This document shows positions 18,282 through 26,642 of a stretch of DNA of 45,309 nucleotides, one piece after another; within the stretch, counting starts at the first letter, position 1; each line of letters opens with the position of its first letter. The notes beneath the pieces are model-generated. The model saw only the letters and a list, made by a program, of their open reading frames with translations, did not search any database and was not told the DNA's origin. A program made the translations under genes and the position numbers. The stretch covers positions 20,795 to 66,103 of the forward strand of contig CAYGFT010000001.1 of the NCBI GenBank assembly GCA_964349275.1, written 5' to 3'. Source of the DNA: an uncultured Candidatus Saccharibacteria bacterium (lineage in GTDB: Bacteria; Patescibacteriota; Minisyncoccia; Ryanbacterales; 2-02-FULL-48-12).

Positions 18282-18440
18282 TTAAAAGAGGGTATAGATA
18301 AAGGGTGCGACTACAGACCCTTGACTCAAGACAAGTAATGTCCCAAAAAGTCCTAGAAAAATAACGATAGGCAGAAGCCACCACTTTTTTCGAATTTTGA
18401 GAAATTCCCAAAGCTCTTTTATCAAAGAGAGTTTTGACAT
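18282..18440 (-). CDS. DUF5989/SxtK-like small membrane protein (52 aa). It is below the cutoff of the ORF track.
   Basis: Hand translation of the minus strand gives MSKLSLIKELWEFLKIRKKWWLLPIVIFLGLFGTLLVLSQGSVVAPFIYTLF*. The pattern ELWEFL..RKKWWL.P....L.....L......APFIYTLF is the family hallmark. The start is 8 nt after the SGNH gene stop. Confidence 0.6.
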   Translation of the reverse strand: MSKLSLIKELWEFLKIRKKWWLLPIVIFLGLFGTLLVLSQGSVVAPFIYTLF

Positions 18441-18448
18441 GGGTGTTC

Positions 18449-19594
18449 TTATTGAATAAGATTGTTTCTTACTATTATAGTATAGTAGTTTTCTGAAAGT
18501 TTTTCTAAGCCAGGTTGCGTATAGTGGACGATGTCGGTAAAGTATTCTTTTTTTCCATGAAGAAATATAGCATTGTCCGCCAGTAGGGTAAGCGTTTCTT
18601 TTGCGGTTATGCGGATAAGGTCATTGAAGCGATGGTGGTGGGCTATAAATTCTTCAGCTTTTGGGTAGAGTACAGCATCGCCATATTTTGTGTTGTATCG
18701 AAACGGTTGCTCTTGGTATTCTTTGAATTCTGCAAGCGGTTGGGTACCCAATATGGTTTGGATGTTGTGTATTTTTGCGATAGCAATTAACGTCCGCAGA
18801 TTCCTTGTGTATACAGACTCGACTTCGGGCGTGAGGGCCATTCCATACGATCGCACCGGGAAGCGGGCAGGATTTTTTTCTTGTTGGCGCCTATCCATCT
18901 TATCCTGGAGTACTTCGATCTTGTTACTGACAAACCAGTAAAAACTTGACCATTGGAAGAGAGCATTGGGGGCGGTGAAATAAGAAAGGTATTTGTTGTA
19001 TGGAATAAATGCTTGGTTGGAGTATTTGTTTGCATAATCCAGGGTAAAGTTTTTGAAGTATCCGGCGGTCAGGTCATTTACATTTTCAGAAATTATCAAA
19101 AGGTCCGCCTGCCATGACACAACATCTAGAGCCAAGAGAATAATCATGTGCGGAGTGGCATATGAGTCGTGACCCACATTGATGACCTCTATCTTTTTTC
19201 CCGGGTATGTATTTTGTAGTTTTTCCTGGAGTATTTTCGGATAGTGGCTACCCTCTATAAAATTTTGCGTGGTGGATCCTCCCAAGGCGACGATCCGGTA
19301 TGTATTTGGTTCTTTCTCAAGGGGATAGAGCTCTTTGTGTGTGCTTACTATATATTTTTTCGCATCTTTTTCGGTGTATAGGTCGTTGCCAAAAGTTCGG
19401 AATGGTCGTATTGGTTCTCGTAAGGGGCGCAAAAGTATATTGCGATGATTAGAGAAAAAACCGTACCCGTGTTTCCAATCAAACGTACGGACACCGAGTT
19501 CTCCAAGCAAAAATATGATTGCAAGGGATCCTACGACAAGTGCACTGTTTTGGATAATAGTTTTTGCGGGCATGGATTCAATATGTATATGCAT
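18449..19594 (-). CDS. SGNH/GDSL-type hydrolase/acyltransferase with an N-terminal TM anchor
   Basis: TM segment NSALVVGSLAIIFLLG. Block I is IVALGGSTTQ, block III is IISENVNDL, block V is TDIVHYTQPG. The true start may be Met8 (19573). Confidence 0.7.
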   Translation of the reverse strand: MHIHIESMPAKTIIQNSALVVGSLAIIFLLGELGVRTFDWKHGYGFFSNHRNILLRPLREPIRPFRTFGNDLYTEKDAKKYIVSTHKELYPLEKEPNTYRIVALGGSTTQNFIEGSHYPKILQEKLQNTYPGKKIEVINVGHDSYATPHMIILLALDVVSWQADLLIISENVNDLTAGYFKNFTLDYANKYSNQAFIPYNKYLSYFTAPNALFQWSSFYWFVSNKIEVLQDKMDRRQQEKNPARFPVRSYGMALTPEVESVYTRNLRTLIAIAKIHNIQTILGTQPLAEFKEYQEQPFRYNTKYGDAVLYPKAEEFIAHHHRFNDLIRITAKETLTLLADNAIFLHGKKEYFTDIVHYTQPGLEKLSENYYTIIVRNNLIQ

Positions 19595-19622
19595 TCTATG
19601 TGGATAGGCTCTCTGTCGTCAA
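19593..19622 (-). promoter_or_regulatory. Putative promoter for the SGNH-DUF5989 operon
   Basis: The minus strand reads TTGACG, an 18-nt spacer, then TAGAAT. The -10 box overlaps the first ATG (19594), which would favour the ATG at 19573 as the start. Confidence 0.3.
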
Positions 19623-19623
19623 A

Positions 19624-19651
19624 TAAAAAAGACCTTCGATAGAGAAGGTCT
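19624..19651 (-). terminator. Rho-independent terminator after the DUF218 gene
   Basis: The minus strand reads AGACCTTC-tctatc-GAAGGTCT, an 8-bp perfect stem with a 6-nt loop, followed by TTTTTTA. It lies 10 nt downstream of the stop at 19661. Confidence 0.6.
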
Positions 19652-19660
19652 CGACATTAT

Positions 19661-20272
19661 TTAGCGTTTTTCCAGGTATTCTAGTATTTTTGCAAGGGGA
19701 GCGATGCTCCCATTGGCTTCATACTGCCGAAGTTTTTTTATTTCCTCCTCGAGTAGCGTAATACGCGTCCCCTGTTGCTTGCCCTGGGAGTGGACAACTT
19801 TTTCAAACCACGAAAGTGGAGACCCTGGGGCGCTGTAGACTTTGAGTTCTGGGTACTCGCGCAGTGCGGCAGTTATCATTGATGCAAATGCCCGTGGTTG
19901 GTGTGCTGGCCACGATATAGTGGTCAGCATCTTATATCCTTGTTGTTTTGCGTACCGGGCGATGACTACCGCCTCTGTCAGTGTGTTGTGGTTTTCTCCA
20001 TCCAGGGTCCACGGTACTTCCACGATGTTTTTCGGGTCTACTTGGAGATCCTGCAGTTGTTGGCGCCAAACTTTCGGACCCGCATAACCATTGTTTTGTC
20101 CTGTTGCCCCAAGGATGAGTAGATGACCACAATATTGCTCGGCTACGCCTCTCCGTAGTATGGAGAGTGCATTTCTAGAATCAGAGGCGGTTACTAAAAA
20201 CGCAGCGCATGAGGATTCTTGTGTAGGACGGGCATCCGCAAGCGATAGAATTGAGAATATTTCCCAATCCAT
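19661..20272 (-). CDS. DUF218 (YdcF/ElyC-like) domain protein
   Basis: LLILGATGQNNGY..., NTLTEA and AHQPRAF resemble DUF218 motifs. I chose the ATG at 20272 because AAGGAG lies 7 nt upstream of it. Confidence 0.6.
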   Translation of the reverse strand: MDWEIFSILSLADARPTQESSCAAFLVTASDSRNALSILRRGVAEQYCGHLLILGATGQNNGYAGPKVWRQQLQDLQVDPKNIVEVPWTLDGENHNTLTEAVVIARYAKQQGYKMLTTISWPAHQPRAFASMITAALREYPELKVYSAPGSPLSWFEKVVHSQGKQQGTRITLLEEEIKKLRQYEANGSIAPLAKILEYLEKR

Positions 20273-20447
20273 CGAAAAGCTCCTTTCTTGCTCGTAAAAG
20301 TATTCTGTACGCACGGTACAGTATTTTTCTTTATTTGTCAATATAACGTATAATATAGTCAACAGTAAGGAGCTCCTTGCCACGTAGACATTTCTCCATT
20401 AGTTATGGACTCGAAGAGGAGACGCATCTCCTCTGTGGGTTTGACGC

Positions 20448-20476
20448 AAGACAATACTTCCAGTATTGTATATAAT
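20448..20476 (+). promoter_or_regulatory. Putative promoter for the UXS-like gene, with an operator-like palindrome in the spacer
   Basis: AAGACA, a 17-nt spacer, then TATAAT (20471-20476). The inverted repeat ACAATACT-tcc-AGTATTGT (20451-20469) lies between the -35 and -10 boxes. Confidence 0.4.
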
Positions 20477-20553
20477 ATTACACATACTCATCATGACAGA
20501 TGATGGGTGGTGGTCCCACGATGTGGGTATTTTATTTCTAACTCTAGGTGTAT

Positions 20554-21621
20554 ATGTTAAAACACCCTCTCATTGAAGAAGACATACAAAATATAGTTGA
20601 CGGCATCGGTGATGAAGCAGTGGCGCTCGAGGGCAAGACTCTTCTTATTAGTGGGGGGAGCGGGTTTTTGGGGTCCTACTGGATAGCCGTTATTCATGCT
20701 CTCAACAAAAAATTTAAAAATCCTTGCCGTGTCATATCGTTTGATAACTATGTGACAGCCCCACGCGAGAATCTTATTCACACTATCAAGAATAGTACTC
20801 TCGTTTCTTTGGAGGGCGATGTTGCAAAGCCCCTTCCAAACATTGAAGGTCCGGTTGATTATATCGTTCATGCGGCAGGTATTGCCTCGCCGTTTTATTA
20901 TAGAAAGTATCCTTTAGAGACTATTGAGGCTGCCGTTACTGGTTCAAAGAATTTTCTTGAGCTGGCGCGCCTTAAGAAGCCCAAGGGTTTTTTATTTTTC
21001 AGCTCTAGTGAAATTTATGGAGACCCTGACTCGGCGCACATACCGACCCCAGAAACATATAAAGGAAATGTCTCCTGTGTAGGACCGCGGTCTTGCTACG
21101 ATGAGTCAAAACGTTTGAGCGAGACTTTGAGTCTTGTGTATCATGAACTTTTTAACATACCGATAAAAATTGTTCGTCCATTCAATATCTATGGTCCCGG
21201 CATGAAAATAGACGACTACCGCGTCATCCCTTCATTTGCAAACCGCGGATTACATGATGAGCCGCTCCCGGTACATGGCAATGGTAACCAGACACGTACA
21301 TTCTGTTATATTAGCGATGCTATGGTAGGTTTTTTTAAAGTTTTGATTTCGGGTGCTCCAGGGGGGATTTACAATATTGGTACGGAAAAAGATGAGGTGT
21401 CTATGCAACAGCTTGGTCAAATGGTGGTTGATATTATCGGTAAGGGGTCGGTAAAGTTAATAGAGTATCCTGACTCTTATCCGGCTGATGAGCCGACAAG
21501 ACGTTGTCCTGATATCTCCAAAGCTCGTACGGAGCTTGCCTACAGTCCCGTCGTGGATCTGCGTAGAGGTATAGAACGTACTATGCAATGGTACCGAGAT
21601 GCGTATTCTCTTGGGGGGTGA
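20554..21621 (+). CDS. UDP-glucuronate decarboxylase (UDP-xylose synthase)-like NAD-dependent SDR
   Basis: LLISGGSGFLGSY, CYDESKRLSETL (compare the UXS CYDEGKR motif), RPFNIYGPGM, GNQTRTFCYISD. AGGTG lies 5 nt upstream of the ATG at 20554. The tracked start at 20548 is GTG. Confidence 0.8.
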   Translation: MLKHPLIEEDIQNIVDGIGDEAVALEGKTLLISGGSGFLGSYWIAVIHALNKKFKNPCRVISFDNYVTAPRENLIHTIKNSTLVSLEGDVAKPLPNIEGPVDYIVHAAGIASPFYYRKYPLETIEAAVTGSKNFLELARLKKPKGFLFFSSSEIYGDPDSAHIPTPETYKGNVSCVGPRSCYDESKRLSETLSLVYHELFNIPIKIVRPFNIYGPGMKIDDYRVIPSFANRGLHDEPLPVHGNGNQTRTFCYISDAMVGFFKVLISGAPGGIYNIGTEKDEVSMQQLGQMVVDIIGKGSVKLIEYPDSYPADEPTRRCPDISKARTELAYSPVVDLRRGIERTMQWYRDAYSLGG

Positions 21622-21623
21622 AA

Positions 21624-22361
21624 CTACACTTGCTTAAAAGAGGATAGTTTCTGTACAACCAGCGTATTGTAATGGATTCGCCAGTGTATAAGATTTTTGA
21701 GGTATGTTCGTGATGTTCTAAAGAGTGCCCGTGCTATAAATGGTGTCCCCCGTTCGCGTGTTCTCCATTCGACGGGGATTTCCACGGTTTTTCCTCCAAG
21801 GTGCCTTGTTTTTATTATTATTTCGCTGTCAATAAAAAAATCTTTTGACTCCAGTTTTAGCTTTCTAAGGAAGTCTTTTCGAACGACTTTAGGTTGTCCG
21901 TCTATGTCCCACCCAGGTACGGAAAAAAGAATTTTTACGAGAATGTTAAAAATTCCGACGAGAACAAGTCGTAGTATTCCCTCAGTTCTATTTGTACGTC
22001 GAGGTTTTATCACGTCTGCCCCGGTTGTGCTTATTGTTTCATAAGCTTTTATAATATCTTTGGGGGGAGTTTGTCCGTCTGATACGACAACGGCAATATA
22101 TTCATACTGAGCCTGTTCCATTCCGGCTATTACCGCTCTGCCATATCCTTTCTCTTTCAGCAGAAGCGGGCGAATCTTTGAGTTTTTCTTCGATAGGTCA
22201 ACAAGTTTTTCTTCGGTCCCATCGGTTGATCCATTGCTGACACAAATTATTTCGTAAGGTATCTCCGCCTGCGTAAGAGCCGCATCGATCTCGCTCGTTA
22301 CGGGTTCAACGCTTTCTTTTTCGTTGTACATTGCCATTACTATGGATAAAGGGTCTTTCAT
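21624..22361 (-). CDS. GT2 glycosyltransferase, DPM1-like, with one internal TM segment
   Basis: LSIVMAMYNEKESV, EIICVSNGSTDGT, GYGRAVIAGM. The hydrophobic segment is ILRLVLVGIFNILVKILF. The ATG is at 22361; the tracked start at 22367 is TTG. Confidence 0.75.
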   Translation of the reverse strand: MKDPLSIVMAMYNEKESVEPVTSEIDAALTQAEIPYEIICVSNGSTDGTEEKLVDLSKKNSKIRPLLLKEKGYGRAVIAGMEQAQYEYIAVVVSDGQTPPKDIIKAYETISTTGADVIKPRRTNRTEGILRLVLVGIFNILVKILFSVPGWDIDGQPKVVRKDFLRKLKLESKDFFIDSEIIIKTRHLGGKTVEIPVEWRTRERGTPFIARALFRTSRTYLKNLIHWRIHYNTLVVQKLSSFKQV

Positions 22362-22376
22362 GATCAATTATTATAA

Positions 22377-23399
22377 CTACATTTTTTTTGATTCCTTTCG
22401 AACGGTGTCTATGATTGTTTGTACGGATACACCATTTTTGAAAGAGGGGGTCATAGATGTTTTATGGAGACATGCCCGTACAAAACGCCCAGCTATTTTT
22501 TCTACTGTTTTCACCCGGGGGTCTTCTCCGTGCCTTGAGCGTCTTGTTCGTGGTTGTATACGTTTGACACTATCTTCTGTGTGTATCTCAAGAGTAAAAT
22601 TGTCTACCACACTATCTCTATTCTCAAGTGTAATTGTAGCGTGTTCACAATAAAGTGTAACCTTGTGTCGGGTAATGCCGCGTGTATTACATGAGATATG
22701 GGCTGCTCCTGTTACCCCGGTTTTAGAAGTAAATACTATGTCTACACCTGTTTCTGCGCCATTGATGCTTTCTGGAGAATAGGTGCATATGCTTTTTGTT
22801 TTTGTTATCTTGCCGGCAAAATTTTCGAGATAATATAATCCATGTGAGAAGAAAAAAGAAAGCGCGCCACCTCCTTCCTTTGCGTCGGTTTTCCATGTTG
22901 ATGCGCGATTTCGTATGTCATAGCTCAAAAAATCCCACTCTGTAGATATGTGCCGAAGGCTACCGTAGGTTCGTTCGTGAATAATCTTTTTTGCTTCTTC
23001 CCACTCGGGAATTTCAGGAAAGATGAAATCGATACCATGGACGACGCGGTAACGTGTAGCAAGCGAAAGAAGTTTTTTTGCTTGAGAAAGATTTATCGCA
23101 AGAGGCTTCTCTGCGAAAATATGAATTCCTTGTTTTATCGCATGCGAGGCAATTTGATACTGACCACGAGGGGTTACTGCCAGAGCGAGTGCATCGGGAT
23201 GTTCTTTTTTGAGGAGTGTGCGCCAATCTGCGTATATTTTTTGAAAATCAAAGTGTGTTGCTGTGCAGTAATCTACCAATTGTTGGCGCTTTTTCCCACA
23301 CAGGGCTACCACTTCACATTCAGGGATTGATCGAAAGGCGGGTAAAAGTCCATATTGCCCAAAACCTGATCCGATGATTGCTACTCTCAATTTTTTCAT
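22377..23399 (-). CDS. Gfo/Idh/MocA-family NAD(P)-dependent oxidoreductase
   Basis: N-terminal MKKLRVAIIGSGFGQYGLLPAF Rossmann motif and EKPLA motif (FAEKPLAINL). ATGA overlap with the upstream methyltransferase. Confidence 0.8.
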   Translation of the reverse strand: MKKLRVAIIGSGFGQYGLLPAFRSIPECEVVALCGKKRQQLVDYCTATHFDFQKIYADWRTLLKKEHPDALALAVTPRGQYQIASHAIKQGIHIFAEKPLAINLSQAKKLLSLATRYRVVHGIDFIFPEIPEWEEAKKIIHERTYGSLRHISTEWDFLSYDIRNRASTWKTDAKEGGGALSFFFSHGLYYLENFAGKITKTKSICTYSPESINGAETGVDIVFTSKTGVTGAAHISCNTRGITRHKVTLYCEHATITLENRDSVVDNFTLEIHTEDSVKRIQPRTRRSRHGEDPRVKTVEKIAGRFVRACLHKTSMTPSFKNGVSVQTIIDTVRKESKKM

Positions 23400-24685
23400 T
23401 TTTTCTTGACTTGAGAATTCTTTACCAGTGTGAGGTCAGGGAGAGGTATCACGAAGTCTGATTTAAGACCTTCTGACTTTAGACGCTCCATTATGGGCCA
23501 GGCATAATGCCAAGCCAATAAAACTACAAAATCAGGTTGTTTGCGAAAAAGACATTTTTCATCGACAATTGGAATATGTTTTCCTGCGAGGTGTTTGCCA
23601 ACTTTTAGAGATGTTGACTGCTCTGCCAGGTACGGCATAAGCTCCGAATCGACTCCATAATAGTTTAAGAGGGTTGAAGCACGTGCAGGGCATGATTTTC
23701 CGACCACGTGCTTCCCCGACATTTTTGCTTTCACCAAAAAGTCCACAAACGCTAATCTCACTTTTCTCACGCGGTCGGCAAATTTTTCATATGTTGCGAG
23801 TGTGTCGAGTCCGGCCTCTTTCTCAAGTTTGAGAAGCTCCACAACCCGTGGGCTTACCGGTATTCCTTTTCCCTTGGTGACGTGTACGCGCAAATTGCCT
23901 CCGTATCTGTCTCCACGTTCGGCATCCGTGACGGTAAAGTCGTAATACTCGAAAAGTTTGATGAGAGACTTAAGAGAATAAGTCCTCAAATGTTCATGAT
24001 ACATCGTATCGAACTGGCTTCCTTTAATGATGTCCAGGAGATAGTGTGTTTCTGAAACGAAAACCCCGCCTTTTTTGAGCAATGTATGGATGCCCCCTAT
24101 GACCTCCCCAAGTGTTTGCATATGAGCGAAAACATTGGTCGCAGTTATAACAGATGCTTGGCCATGTTTTTTGACGATTTCCTTCGCGAGTTTTATGTTA
24201 AAAAATTTCTGGATGGTTTTAATACCGTTCTTGTTTGCTATGCGGGCGATATTTGTAGGTTCAACTCCAAGGACACGAAGTCCATTTTGTTTAAAACCCG
24301 ATAAGAGGGCACCATCGCCCGATCCTATGTCTACGGCAAGATCGTTTTTTTTCAAGGCATACTTTTCAATAAGCGATCGGCTTATGTTCTTTTGGTACTC
24401 AAGAAGAGGTTTTGTGATGCTTTGAAGGTACGGATAGCCTGGGTGGTATACCTGCTCTCCTGCAACACAATAATCGAGTTGAACGCATGTGCAGTTTTGG
24501 CACCACATCATACGAAGAGGGTAGGTTGCTTCCGGCTGGTTTAATTCTTCGCCGCGGGGGAGCGTATTTGCCAGCGGTTGATGCCCAAGATCGAGTACTA
24601 AGTGTAGCTGAGAAGAATTGCACACCTGGCATCGGGAGATATGTCCCGTTTTTATCATGTGATGTTTAGGATATGTTGAGTTCAT
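23396..24685 (-). CDS. NDP-hexose C-methyltransferase-like enzyme (TylC3-type): N-terminal zinc-binding domain, SAM methyltransferase domain, C-terminal C-methyltransferase domain
   Basis: CQVCNSS...LDLGHQPLAN...CQNCTCVQL zinc-ribbon, DIGSGDGALL motif I, and a long C-terminal domain. The start is uncertain (TTG 24721, ATG 24685 or ATG 24658). Confidence 0.7.
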   Translation of the reverse strand: MNSTYPKHHMIKTGHISRCQVCNSSQLHLVLDLGHQPLANTLPRGEELNQPEATYPLRMMWCQNCTCVQLDYCVAGEQVYHPGYPYLQSITKPLLEYQKNISRSLIEKYALKKNDLAVDIGSGDGALLSGFKQNGLRVLGVEPTNIARIANKNGIKTIQKFFNIKLAKEIVKKHGQASVITATNVFAHMQTLGEVIGGIHTLLKKGGVFVSETHYLLDIIKGSQFDTMYHEHLRTYSLKSLIKLFEYYDFTVTDAERGDRYGGNLRVHVTKGKGIPVSPRVVELLKLEKEAGLDTLATYEKFADRVRKVRLAFVDFLVKAKMSGKHVVGKSCPARASTLLNYYGVDSELMPYLAEQSTSLKVGKHLAGKHIPIVDEKCLFRKQPDFVVLLAWHYAWPIMERLKSEGLKSDFVIPLPDLTLVKNSQVKKK

Positions 24686-24736
24686 ATAGGATTTTGTATC
24701 ATACTCTATCAGGGAAGACAAGGCGTATGTTCCCCA

Positions 24737-26569
24737 CTAGAGCTTATAGATAATTATTTTCTCATTTCGGAAGACGACGTCGTTTTTTATGGGAAGTCGC
24801 TCCTCGGAAAAAATATAATCGACCCCATAATCTTCTTGTATCACTTTAAGAACATGCCAGTCTTTTATCATGGCTCGTTCAAGTTCTTGTCGGTGCTTCC
24901 ACTCGAAAGTGACGGTACGGGGTTCGTATGGTATCGCAGTTTCTCTGAATGCGGTGAAAATCGGACGGAAGCATGCAAGTCTGAATTCGCGTGGGTCTTC
25001 TTTGAAAGCGAATGGTTCTACTATAAAGATGCTATCTTTTGGGGTATTATTTTGTACCCATTCACATGCTTGGCGATATGCCGGATCAGCGTAAAAGTAT
25101 GGATATATGGTGAATTTGCTTAGGTAGGGGAGGGGTACGACGATCAGGATGAGTAGGGCGCCAGTGAGTGCAGATGTCATAACTGATTCCAGGCGCAAAT
25201 TTTTGCGCATGTGGATGCTGGCGAGACCAAATCCACAGGTGATAAGAAGATAAAACACGACCAGTGACTTTATATCATGGTAAAAAAGAGCATAGTATGT
25301 TGCAACTCCCACGCCCCCTATGGTCAGTAGGGCGGCGAAGATGGTAGTTAATTTTTTATAGCGCTGAAAGATAGGGAATACACTTTCAATAAAAAGAAGT
25401 GCCATGGGTGGGACGAGCACTACTATTTGCTCGCGGAGAAAAATAAAATTCTCCTTTATTAAAAACCAAAAAACTATGGTTGTAAGAAGTCCATTTTTTA
25501 AAAAAGACGTTGGGAAATGAGTCACATGCCATAAGGTAAATATACCGATAAGGATAGGTGTTAGAATGCTCATCAAAAGTAGCCCGCGCTGAAGGTTGAG
25601 CTGGATAATCCCCTGCACCATAAAATATTCTCCGACGCCGGCAATGAATAGCAAAAGTACGGGGATTATAGAGAGAAGTACTAGTAGTATCCTTTTTTCT
25701 TTTTCTGGAAAAATATGTTTTAGATGGATGAGTGGGAGCGTAGTGAGTATTGCCCACATGCCAAGAGAAATAAAAGATCGGTTATTCCAGAAGGCAAAAA
25801 AGAACGGGTCATTACGTCCTTTGGCCAAATTTTTCCATTCCGTATCTATGACTGTAAAAAACGATTCTCGTATGCCACTGGCTTGAGAGAAAAGAAATAT
25901 GAAGATGAGTACAACGGGCGCTATCATTGCGAGTAGTGCAGGAGCTCTGTTTTTGAGCATCGCGCGGTCGCGCCATAGTTCCCAAGTCATGTGCAGGTAG
26001 AAGAACATGAAAAATGGGACTGTAGTAATGGGGTGTATAAAAAATCCGAGCACTAGGAAGAGCAGGGGCATGGTGCGATGCCCATAAAGATAAAGAGCAA
26101 GCGAAAACATGCCTACACCAAGAGCTACCACGCGATAACTAAATGCAGTTTCTATAGTTGCGTGACCCGTGCCGGGTATAAAAAATTGGGTTACAAAGAA
26201 CAGAAGTGCGAAAAGAGCATAGATGCGGCTATTGCTCAAAAAACGTATCACAAAGTAGAGAGAGGCAAAGAATAGACCCCGAAAAAAGAGAGTTAAAAAA
26301 AAGAGTACCCAGGGTATGGGGATGCCGCCTTGAGTAAAAAATACGAGAAAGCCGGTCAGGAGCGTGCGCTGTGTGTGCATGACCTCAAACCATACCAGAT
26401 CATTTGGAAAAAGCGTAGGATCAAGGACGTGGTAGACGAGAGGTAGAAAAATAGGCTGGTCCGCCACAAAACTTTCATAGCCGGGAGCGACAATAAACGA
26501 AAAAGCGGTAACAAGTGCTATAAAAAAAACAGGGAACCATCGTTGGTGCGGTAGGGCTCTGCTTATCAT
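24737..26569 (-). CDS. Large polytopic membrane protein (610 aa) with a C-terminal soluble domain. Possibly a GT-C glycosyltransferase or polymerase.
   Basis: About 14 hydrophobic segments followed by a tail of ~120 aa. I recognise no diagnostic motif. It is the first gene of the minus-strand operon. Confidence 0.45.
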   Translation of the reverse strand: MISRALPHQRWFPVFFIALVTAFSFIVAPGYESFVADQPIFLPLVYHVLDPTLFPNDLVWFEVMHTQRTLLTGFLVFFTQGGIPIPWVLFFLTLFFRGLFFASLYFVIRFLSNSRIYALFALLFFVTQFFIPGTGHATIETAFSYRVVALGVGMFSLALYLYGHRTMPLLFLVLGFFIHPITTVPFFMFFYLHMTWELWRDRAMLKNRAPALLAMIAPVVLIFIFLFSQASGIRESFFTVIDTEWKNLAKGRNDPFFFAFWNNRSFISLGMWAILTTLPLIHLKHIFPEKEKRILLVLLSIIPVLLLFIAGVGEYFMVQGIIQLNLQRGLLLMSILTPILIGIFTLWHVTHFPTSFLKNGLLTTIVFWFLIKENFIFLREQIVVLVPPMALLFIESVFPIFQRYKKLTTIFAALLTIGGVGVATYYALFYHDIKSLVVFYLLITCGFGLASIHMRKNLRLESVMTSALTGALLILIVVPLPYLSKFTIYPYFYADPAYRQACEWVQNNTPKDSIFIVEPFAFKEDPREFRLACFRPIFTAFRETAIPYEPRTVTFEWKHRQELERAMIKDWHVLKVIQEDYGVDYIFSEERLPIKNDVVFRNEKIIIYKL

Positions 26570-26575
26570 GGCTTG

Positions 26576-26604
26576 AATATACTGTATCGTATTATTTTGA
26601 GCAA
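26576..26604 (-). promoter_or_regulatory. Weak promoter-like element upstream of 26569
   Basis: The minus strand reads TTGCTC, a 17-nt spacer, TATATT, 6 nt, then ATG. There is no Shine-Dalgarno sequence. Confidence 0.25.
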
Positions 26605-26642
26605 TGAATCAAAACGAAGATGGGGTGTGTTATACTAGTATC

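Noticed and set aside
16036-18440. Interpretation as a saxitoxin-like toxin cluster because of the SxtJ/SxtK-like genes
   Set aside because: Only the carbamoyltransferase and its accessory membrane proteins are present. No SxtA-type PKS, amidinotransferase or other core genes are in the window.
20273-20383. N-terminal extension (MARSSLLL...) of the DUF218 ORF
   Set aside because: A strong AAGGAG Shine-Dalgarno sequence lies 7 nt upstream of the internal ATG at 20272. The extension has no recognisable domain content.
20404-20580. Small ORFs in the long intergenic region (MDSKRRRISSVGL..., 32 aa, and MTDDGWWSHDVG..., 27 aa)
   Set aside because: They have no Shine-Dalgarno sequence and no recognisable family. 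One overlaps the UXS-like start. They are more likely chance ORFs within a regulatory leader.
18449-26569. Lower apparent GC in this stretch as evidence of horizontal acquisition
   Set aside because: I have only spot hand counts, for example 13/60 GC at 25441-25500 versus 37/60 at 5641-5700. The values vary from gene to gene and are confounded by the Phe/Ile/Lys-rich composition of membrane proteins. A sliding-window GC and codon-usage computation is needed before any claim.
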